Assembly (NCBI RefSeq): GCF_011745625.1
Contig: NW_027191478.1
Coordinates: 248,001-312,000 of the forward strand
DNA from: Cladosporium halotolerans
Lineage: Eukaryota
Length of the DNA: 64,000 bases
Reading direction: 5' to 3'
Within the stretch, counting starts at the first letter, position 1; every line of letters starts with the position of its first letter. Positions 24,701-34,088 of the stretch are shown here, in pieces. The notes under the pieces are model-generated. The model ran no database searches, was not told the DNA's origin, and was given only the letters and a program-made list of their open reading frames with translations. The position numbers were made by a program, and so were the translations under genes.

Positions 24701-25684
24701 ATGGCTGATACCGCGACTTCTGCTCCAGGACTGTCGTTCCCGCGCGCGACATTTGCCAAGTTGACACCTGCGCCATTCCTGCAAGCTCACCTCAAACAAC
24801 CTCAGCCAATCCGCCCCAGCGGACGCAAGCCCGACGAGCTCAGGGAGCCTGTCATCAACACGGGATCGCTCTCTCACAGCAATGGCAGTGCTGTCGTGCG
24901 GCTCGGTGACACATCTGTAGTATGTGGCGTACGGGGCGAGATCTTGCTCGCCTCTGAAGTCCCGCACCCGCCGAACGAGGATGTTAGCGAGGAAGACCTG
25001 GTCGAAAATCTCGGACTTCTCGTCCCCAATGTCGAGCTCAGCACCGGATGCTCGCCAGCCTATCTCCCTGGAAACCCGCCCTCCAACTCGGCGCAATCGC
25101 TCAGCTGGCGCATCGGCTCCCTCCTCCACGCCTCCAGCCTGCTCCGGCCCGATGACCTTACCATCTCTTACACCGAGCCGAAGTCAGCGGACATGGGGCC
25201 AGACGAGGAGCCGAATACTACGGTCAAGGCCTACTGGACGCTCTACATTGACATTCTCTGCATTTCACTGGACGGCAACTGCTTCGACGCAGCCTGGATG
25301 GCGGTCATGGCCGCGCTCAAGGACACCAAGCTGCCCAAAGCTTGGTGGGACGCGGACCGTGAATCCATCCTGTGCTCTCCGCACGCGAATGATGCCCGTG
25401 GCCTCACCCTCAACAGCCTGCCCAGCACCACGACCTTCGCAGTTTTCTCTACGGCGTCGCCGCTCAAGCAGCGGTCAGAAGCCGAGAGCTGGGTTCTTGC
25501 GGACCCTGACGCGTTTGAGGAGGAGATTTGCCTCGAGAGCGTCACTGTTGCTCTGCAGGGTGACAAGATCGTGAGGATTGAGAAGCACGGCGGACCCCGG
25601 GTTGGCAAAGAAGCTATGGACGCCTGTGTTGCGTTGGCCAGCAAGAGGTGGGAGCAGCTGCAGAAGCTCGGAGGCAGCGTCTGA
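24701..25684 (+). CDS. RRP43: Exosome complex component Rrp43 (RNase PH-like)
   Basis: RPSGRKPDELR, GSLSHSNGSAVVRLGDTSVVCGV, LVPNVELSTGCSP, WTLYIDILCISLDGNCFDAAW, LADPDAFEE. Confidence 0.92.
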   Translation: MADTATSAPGLSFPRATFAKLTPAPFLQAHLKQPQPIRPSGRKPDELREPVINTGSLSHSNGSAVVRLGDTSVVCGVRGEILLASEVPHPPNEDVSEEDLVENLGLLVPNVELSTGCSPAYLPGNPPSNSAQSLSWRIGSLLHASSLLRPDDLTISYTEPKSADMGPDEEPNTTVKAYWTLYIDILCISLDGNCFDAAWMAVMAALKDTKLPKAWWDADRESILCSPHANDARGLTLNSLPSTTTFAVFSTASPLKQRSEAESWVLADPDAFEEEICLESVTVALQGDKIVRIEKHGGPRVGKEAMDACVALASKRWEQLQKLGGSV

Positions 25685-26925
25685 GCTGCTGTCATTCAGT
25701 CAGCAGTGGCTCACAGCCCTATGGGGCATGTCTGCATTCCTGCCTGCATCTCCGCGGTGCGTCTCGTTGGTGTGTCGTTGACTCAAATGGAATCCTCAAC
25801 CAATACTCGACCACTGTTTGCCTGGGAAAGGGGCTCAGTCGAGTACTAGGGAAAAGTCTTGACGATATCTCTGGCCACAAACTCTACGATATCTTGGCAC
25901 CGCGCATTGTTGAAATGCAGCAGAGCGAACGCACTGCGCAGACAGTATGTTCGACGACCCTATCTCGCAGAAAACGTCTCCTGAAGAATGGGTGTCTGCA
26001 GTATGACTGCTCAGAGTGGCTGTGTTTCTAGACGCAGGGCAAAGCTTGGTCACCGCAAAAACTATCGGTGACCTGAATCCGCAAAGGTCACGCCATGGAC
26101 ATTCCGATAGCCTACGTCGATGCGCGACAGACCATTGTTCGCCCAGCGTCAAGTTACGGAGTCTCGACCCAAGACGGCAAGGTATGATTCAATGCGGCGA
26201 CATAGATTTAATCATGTCACGAAGGTTAGGTGGGAATGATCGACAACATTGAGGTCGTTTCGCCCTCGCCGAGCTCACGTGTGAGAATCTACGAAGGAAC
26301 AATAGCGGTGCACTGCCTGCGCCGCCCTCAGCCCTACGGTACATCAAGAGAGCAGCAACCAATGAAATCACATTCCCCAGACCAAGGGGTTGCTTCAACA
26401 CCCCAGCTTATCTTTTCTACATGTTCTCCACTTGACCACAATACCGCCCAAATGTAGACCGCTGACGGTGAGTGTTACCTGCGACACCACATTTACTCAG
26501 CGTAGCAGGCCTCGTGTGCAAAAAGAGGTTGTCGCTGTCCAATGCGGTCTCTCGGCCTATCTATTTGGGACGAAAAGGTGAACTCCGGGCTTAAGCGGCG
26601 ATCGACAGGCTGAAGGTACACCCACGCCGTCTAGACCGTCTGCTTACCCAAGCTAACATGAGCACAAGACGTCTTGGGAGACCGCACTGCAACACTGCTG
26701 TTTCGGCGACACTGCATATTTAACAAGGATGCATTCAAAATACAGTCCTCGGATGGCATATAAGCTTTTTCCTGACCCGCCACGCAAAGCCACAAGTGAG
26801 ACTCGTATATGCGACTTCGATGTAGCTGAAGAACCTCTGACTCTGGACTGACTGCTTCGACATTGACGATCGCTAGCAATCTCACCCAGGTGTCAACTGT
26901 TCTGTCAGAGATCGGACGCTTCGCC

Positions 26926-28746
26926 ATGGCTTCCTCCTCGTCAACACCAGATCCAACGACTCCAGTTGCGGCGGCCTCACCTTCACCTTCTTTACGACGC
27001 CATCGCAAAGGTGCAATCAAGGTTCCTTGTGACGACTGCATCCAGCGCGCCAGTCGAGGCGACATCAAAGCCAGCATCGAACTATGCGAAGAATGCATGC
27101 AAACGCTTCACCGCCCTCGTCGACGGCAAGTGGAGGCACCCAGTGCCAAAAAGATCCGTCGGCATATCAACGCTGTCGTCGACACCGCACTCGGACTACA
27201 CACGGACACGGTGGCTCTTCCATGGAGCGAAGACCGTCAAACGCAGCATGCCCTACAGTTCTTTGTCAAACACAGCGCGCCTCAGCTGGCTGGCTACTTT
27301 GATTCGCCGTTTTGGCAGAAAACGCTACTACAGTGTGGACGGCATCAGCCGGCAGTCAAGCACGCAATTGCGGCAATTGGTGCGCTGCATGAGCGACTTC
27401 TCGTCGGGGCTGATGAAACGGACGCAGTTCACAAGCGGCAGTCCAATTTTGCGCTCGAGCAGTGCAACAAGAGCATTCAGCATCTCACGAAGCCAGTACA
27501 TGGGACGGAGAAACCAGACTTGAGGCTGATGCTCACCACTTGCGTACTTTTCACTTGCTTTGAAGCAATGCAAGGTCACTGTGAACAAGCCATTGCTCAT
27601 GCAACCCAAGGATACGCGCTGCTGAAGCAGTACGCTACAGCCCCTGAGGGCACGTCGGCTGACGCTGGGGCGTTCGCCGTTGAGCTTGATCAACTATGCT
27701 TGTTGATGCAGAGGCTACAGACACAAGCAAAGGGGATCATGGGCAAGGAATACAACATGGTTGCAGATGGAGAAGTCGCAGATCTTCCAAAGCCTATGCA
27801 CTTCGAGACTCTGCGAGAGGCTCGCGCTGCTCTCGAGTCAGTAATCAACCGGATCACCCTCTTCTTCATGAATCTGGACCTCAACGACAATTTCTACGAT
27901 CTCGTTTGCTCCAACGCCAAGAAATTTCTCACGTTCGCTCCGTGGCTAAAGGCCTGGGAGAGCGCGTTCTCGCAGCTGCTCGTTCGAAAACAACCAGTCT
28001 TGACCCAAAAAGAACGTAAAGGCGCAATGATCCTCAAGGCACACCACATCGTGTGCGATATTCTGAGCAACGTCGACCTGTCTGAGGGTGAGCTAGGCTG
28101 GGATAAGTTTCATCGTGACTTTGCCGCTGTGATCGATCTTGCTGCCGCTATCCTTGAAGATGATCGAAGCGTGGAGGCCGGGCAACAGAGCCCAAAAACC
28201 GAGCTGTGTTTCAGCCTTGGAATCGTCGATCCTCTCTCCGAAGTGTGCGCTCGTTGCCGCGACCCAGCTCTCCGCCGGCGAGCGCTTGATTTACTTGCCC
28301 GTCACCCTCGACAAGACTGCATGTGGAGCTCCTGGCCAGCCTGGAAGGTTGGCAAATACCTCATGCAACTTGAAGAAGAGCACAGCGAAAGCCCACCCCT
28401 CGAGGCTGGTGACGTGCAGACCGAAGATCGTATCTCGGCGGCATGGATCGACTTCTCCAGCCCAACCTCCGGCGGAACAAACACCTCAGGCCGCCTCAAG
28501 TACAAGCGCATCGAGCCTCAGCGTAGCCCACGAGAGGCCCTCAATCCCGGCCTCTTCGACCGCGACGCGGACGGGCGCCATCCTGGCCACGACATCAACT
28601 TCGCGCACGCGATGCTAGGGAGCAACTTCCTCAACGCACATGGCACACCCACCGCGACAGCTGCTACTGCTGCACCCGGCCGGCTTGCGTCAACACCCAC
28701 CTTTCCTGCCTCATCAGCCACGGCCTCCCAGTCCGACGACGGATGA
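26926..28746 (+). CDS. Fungal-specific transcription factor domain protein (Zn2Cys6-family body, degenerate zinc cluster)
   Basis: ALQFF...APQLAGYFDSPFWQ...PAVKHAIAAIGALHE, ALEQCNKSIQHL, TCVLFTCFEAMQG, FSLGIVDPL...CRDPALRRRALDLL; the N-terminus has only CDDC-x15-CEEC. Confidence 0.85.
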   Translation: MASSSSTPDPTTPVAAASPSPSLRRHRKGAIKVPCDDCIQRASRGDIKASIELCEECMQTLHRPRRRQVEAPSAKKIRRHINAVVDTALGLHTDTVALPWSEDRQTQHALQFFVKHSAPQLAGYFDSPFWQKTLLQCGRHQPAVKHAIAAIGALHERLLVGADETDAVHKRQSNFALEQCNKSIQHLTKPVHGTEKPDLRLMLTTCVLFTCFEAMQGHCEQAIAHATQGYALLKQYATAPEGTSADAGAFAVELDQLCLLMQRLQTQAKGIMGKEYNMVADGEVADLPKPMHFETLREARAALESVINRITLFFMNLDLNDNFYDLVCSNAKKFLTFAPWLKAWESAFSQLLVRKQPVLTQKERKGAMILKAHHIVCDILSNVDLSEGELGWDKFHRDFAAVIDLAAAILEDDRSVEAGQQSPKTELCFSLGIVDPLSEVCARCRDPALRRRALDLLARHPRQDCMWSSWPAWKVGKYLMQLEEEHSESPPLEAGDVQTEDRISAAWIDFSSPTSGGTNTSGRLKYKRIEPQRSPREALNPGLFDRDADGRHPGHDINFAHAMLGSNFLNAHGTPTATAATAAPGRLASTPTFPASSATASQSDDG

Positions 28747-30939
28747 CAAGTCGTCACCGCAGGCAACCGACAAAGAGACTGGACGTATGAGATAAGCCCG
28801 CCGCGCATATCCGTCGGGCGCGCGCTGAGACACGCCGGATGACTGCGTCCTCCCGGTTCCCTCGCCCTCCCTGCCTTGTGGTTGTCGTGGCGGCGCTCGT
28901 CCCAAGCCCTCGATCGACCGCCGCAACGCCCCTGTCTCGCTGCCTTCGAGCTGCTTCAAACGCGGCCTGCATCGCCGCCGTCGCACCCGTGCCACCTGCC
29001 CGGCGCCGCGCTGACGCTCTGCGCTGCCACGTGGGCTGGACGCTGCGCGGCCGCGGACTCGTGTGCTGCTGGGCTGTCATTGGAATGGGCAGACGCGGTG
29101 CGAGGGCGGCGGCCAGCCGTGAGCAGGCGGGTTGACGAGCATGCTTGCTTGCTTCCTGCTGCAGACGTAGAGGCAGACGCAAACGCCGCACGGTTTCGAG
29201 TCAACGCGGCCGAGCGCGCAGCATGCACACTCACCTCATCCGTACTTGCTCTCTTCCCGGCGACCGACCAAGAGCTCACTACTGCTCAGAAAACTTGCAC
29301 CCGCCGCAGCTCCGCGTCCGAGGGCCCCTCCCTCCGTCCAACGACCCCATCCGGCAGGCTCCTCCGCCCTAGTCCGTTTCGCAACGGAGTCGCATAGCCA
29401 GGAAGGATCACGCGAAGGCGAAATGCCATTCCGCAGGCGCCGCGCCCTTTTTTTTTTTCTCGTCCCCGATTCACGGGTGCGCGGGGGCTTGCCTTGGCCT
29501 GCACGACGCCCACGCCGCGCCACGCCTCGCGGCTTGTAGATTGCGCTGCATGCAAGGGTGTGGGTTGGTCGGGATGCAGGCACCGGGCCAGGGCAGGGGT
29601 GCACGCGCGCGAGACGCATGTGCGACATTCCCGGCTTTCGGCGGCGGTGGCGGGGGGGAGGGTTGGTTTGGTTTGTTTGTTTGGGGGGTTTGTGGCTTTT
29701 TTGGATTCCTGAGATGGGGTTTGCGAAATCGGAGGGCTTTGGATGGCATTGCTGTAGATCGCGGTCTTTGTCTGCGGAAAGCCGATGGATAGAGTTTCGA
29801 TATAGTGCTATACACATACGTGAGTGCGGTGCTGGAGCCAACCGACCCTTAGGGTTCGGGCGTGCTTTTGCGAGATTCCCAAACTCTACGCGAAGGAGGA
29901 CGGTGAACGGTCCAGCCATTGCGCCATAATTATTATAGATCGCCTACTGTACTGTACCGGGCTCCCGACTCCGCACAACTGCCTTAGCACCAAGTCTACT
30001 CCTACAGTAGCGCAAACCCCGAGCAAACGGCAAACCGGGTGTAGCTTAGGGCCTCCTCTCGGCGCCCGCCAGGCACAAGGCACGAGGCGTACAGGCTTGA
30101 GGCTTGGGCTTGTACACCAGCACCCGCTCCAGCTCCACACATGCAACACGCCTCCGCGGACCACTGACTCTCCCCACTCTTCACTCCTTGCATATGCCTC
30201 GTCCGGTCCGACCTCTGAGCATTACCCTCTCGACCCCCGGCCTCCTCTCCGCGCCCTTTAGCCTTCTTCACCCTCACCGGACGGCGGCTCTAGCGCGCTC
30301 TGCCACCGATCCGTGAAGAAACGCTTGTCAGGCTCGCGTACCTACCCGGCTAACGCGCAATCGCCATCGCCATCGCATTCCGGCCGCCCGCCAGCCGCTG
30401 CAGCCTGCCGAGCAGCCGTGCCGCGAGCGAGCGCAGGGGCCCAGCAAGCATGTCTGGACTACGTGCCGTGTGCTGGGCCTGGGTCTTCATCCTTCTCGTC
30501 GACTAAAGGTAGGAGTGCAGGCCGAACCAGACTGGCTAGCAATGCCGGAAACGGGCGCACGCGAGGACACCAAGCCACGGGGGTCCCAGACGAGACGACG
30601 GGGCGCTTTTCCCCTCGCAGCATGCGTCTCGCACGTTTTTTTTCCCTTGGTGAACCCTTGATGCCACTGGTGTCACGAACCGCTAGGTGGGCTGCATGCG
30701 GCTGGCCGTGGCTGCCGTGGGCTCGGTCTGTGCCCGGCACGACTCTGACGGCCGGGACGACGGGGCGTGGAGTGGACAGGCAGTCGGCCGGTTTCTCAGA
30801 GGAAGCGTCGCGGCGAGGCTTGGGGCGGGAAGGGTGGGAGACCCAGGCGAAGAGCTGAGGTGCAGTAGTCTGGTATGGTACTGTCGAGTAGTGTCGTGGC
30901 TCTGAGGCGAGGCACCTTAGCCGGGTCGGCAGGGCATCC

Positions 30940-30967
30940 AGGCAGGCAGGCAGGCAGGCAGGCAGGC
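30940..30967. repeat. (AGGC)7 microsatellite
   Basis: aggcaggcaggcaggcaggcaggcaggc read directly. Confidence 0.9.
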
Positions 30968-31349
30968 CGCTTATCGATCGCGCCTACTGTACCTCACTCA
31001 CCACCGCCGCGCCCTGCAGTAGTCGCCGTCGCTACCTATGGCTGGACCCTTGAGCGGATGCGCCGCGTGCCACGGGGCAGCCTCCCTCCCTCCTGCGCGC
31101 CTGTTCTTATATCTCCACGCCCTCATTCGGCCGTGCCTCCAGCCCTCCGTCCTACCTATCGTCACTCTCAACTCTCGCGCGAACATACAAACAGGGTCTC
31201 GCTGCTCGCCTCATCACTGAAGACAGATACCGCTTCACTGCATTGATCTGCTGCGGTCACTTGGTCCAGCACGTTCCTAGGAGGCGACCTCTTACAGTAT
31301 ACCAACAACACCGTCTGCAACTAATCGAGACATCTCCAACCAATCTACC

Positions 31350-33019
31350 ATGGCATCCGCCGATGTCCAGCAGCCGGCAGAGGCCGCGCCCGCCGTGCCC
31401 GACTACCTCGCCTCGCCCAACGCCGTCTTCGCCGACGAGGGCGTCAAGTGGCGATACGGCAGAGCGCCGGACTACTCGAAGACCCGCAAGGTCTGGGAGG
31501 AAGGTGAGCAAACGGCAGAGCACTCGCGGTGGCAATCTCCCCATCCCGGCTCGCCAGGGCTGCGACGCATGGCAGACACATGGTCTGCAGTGTGACACCG
31601 CATGGACGCATTCCACAGGCCCATGCGGTGGCCGCGGCACATGGAGCAAGGGATGCGCATAGCCGCCTGCAGCAGCAGCAAGCAAGCAAGCAGTGTAAGC
31701 TGACCCCACGCCCGCAGGCAAGAAGATGAACCACGCGGCCGGCAGCCTGCCGCAGCTGGTGGAGAACCTGGTGAAGAACTGGGAGGTCGAGGCGTCGTTC
31801 AAGCCGCGCCTCGAGGACTGGCGCACCATCGACCACCAGAACTACACCTTCGCCATCAACGGCGGGCCGCCGCAGTCCGCCGAGCACATGCTCCGGGTTG
31901 GGACCTACAACGCTATCATCGCCCCGAATGAGTTCTACAGCCCGGAGAATTCCGACTTCGCTTCGAGCCACAAGACCTTCAAGCGCATGATGCCGACCTT
32001 CGCCTGGGAGGTGCTCGAGGTCTACAGTGGGCCGCCGACTGTGGCTTTCAAGTGGAGACATTGGGGTGTGATGAAGAATGACTATGTTGGGTTTAACGAG
32101 TGAGTGATTTGATCGTTCCGTTCACTTCGTTGTTGTGGCGACGGACATTAATCTTTGAATTCTTTCGACAAATCGACGAATATCGATCGCTGACTTCCAT
32201 CACAGCAAAGGAGAGAAAGTCACGGCCAAAGCCCACGGCGGCCCCATCGACATCCAAGGCGTGACCGTCGCCACCGTCGACGACAAAGTCCGCCTGCAGT
32301 CCGTCGACACCTGGTTCGACCCGCTCGAGATGTTTCGCCAGATCGCCCCCGGCGGCATCGTCAACAAGGAGACAATGAACCGCAAAGTCAATCCCGAAGA
32401 CGCGCTCGACACCAGCACCGCCACCAGCGTCCCGAACAACAACGGCCTCAAAATTGCCCAGGAGCACAACGACCCGGCCTCCGCTCACGCCAACGACAAG
32501 GCGCCCGAGGACGTCCTGCCCAAGCACATCTCCAACGGCACCGGCCAGCCCGCCGACGCTTTCGTCCCGCACCAGGGCGCCGACACCCAGATGCCCGCCA
32601 ACGGCCACTCGAACGGCCACGCCACCGAACCCGAGACCGAATCCCAGCACATCGTCGCGAGCGCCGCAACGCACGGCGCCGCCGCGCCCCTCTCGCACCC
32701 GGAGTCAAACCTCTCCTCATCACCCTCAACCGCTCAGACCGCCGCCGGCGCTCCCACCAGCAGCACGCCTTCGACCGTCGACGAATCCCGCGCCACAGGC
32801 ACGCACGACGCCATCGACGCGCACCTCGAGAGCAGCGCCGCCAAAGTCCACCCGCACCCGCACGACGCCGAGGAGGCCGTCAAGCCCGCTGCGGGCGAGG
32901 CGGTCGCGGCGCCGGCGCAGTCGGCGGAGACGAGGATGACGCACGAGGAGATGAGTCGGCTGGGCGGCGCGGGGGGGAGCGGCGCGGGCGAGTGTCCGTT
33001 TTTGATGAATAGGGAGTGA
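31350..33019 (+). CDS. 'Pathogen-related protein' family (SnoaL/NTF2-like fold); introns 31504-31717, 32100-32205
   Basis: WRYGRAPDYS, GSLPQLVENLVKNWEVEASFK, GTYNA, FAWEVLEVYSGPPTVAFKWRHWG, VDTWFDPLEMFRQI; low-complexity tail ending ECPFLMNRE. Confidence 0.88.
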
Positions 33020-34088
33020 TTGAGGGTGGAGGAAGGGTGAGTGAGTGTGTTTGTGTTTGGTTGGCTTGCTTGCATGATCGATTTGGTTTCAAAGGGAGAG
33101 GGTGGACGCGGGGCGCCGATGCGATACGATGTTGATTGGCTCTGCGGGACAGACAGACTGTTTGTGCATGCATGCTGTGCTGATGCTATGCGATGCGTTG
33201 TTTGTATGGTACTGTTACTTTGAGACACGTCGAGGTATTTCCATTTCTGAGAATCGAACGTCGAGGTCGAAATGCGAAGGTTGCTTGTTGCATGTGTACT
33301 GGAACCTCCTGCGTTCTCCTGCGTTCGTTGCACAGTGTTCGATCCGTATAATCGATTGGATTGATGTTATGTTACATAACGAGTCTGGTCCTTCCTTCGG
33401 CAGGCTCGCACCTCGCTAGCTTGAGACGGCCCACGCATACGAGTCGAAACGCCCGCTTCCGGGCGACTTCACATCACATCGCAACATCACTATCTACGTC
33501 AACCGATACGATAATTCACCTCTCCTAGAGAACACACGACAAGCGGGTAGGGTGCTGGGAGCAGAGGTGCGATTCGATCGATCGTTGGTACTTCAATGTA
33601 TTCTGTTTGCAGCGATGCAAAGAGTGACGCAGGTGTACATTCCCTGCGCTGTCAGCCTGCTTGATGCTACGTGTGTACACACAGCTCCCCTCAGCCTGAC
33701 GGCGGCAGGGGCTCCTGAATGGATGCGCTCTCCGGCTTGCAAGGCGGTATGCCGCTCCCTAGCGGGGTTGAGGTAGGTAGGCAGGGTGTACGAGAGACTT
33801 GTCCTGGAGCAACGCAAATCGAATTACCTATATAGCATAGCTAAGGTACGATACTTTCGGAACGCGATCACTGAGCCAAAAATCAAGAAACGAGCGGATA
33901 TTACGAACAATCTCGCACAGAAACCAAAACCAGAAAAAGGGCCCGCCAACCGCGGCCCGTCACCACAGAATCCAGCCCAAAACGATGCATGCTTTCCCTT
34001 CCCCTGACCCAACCCAACCTCCAATCCAAAAAACCGAGACCTCTCCTCCCCTCTCCTCCCTCCTCACTGTCATCTCCTCGAACCTCAC

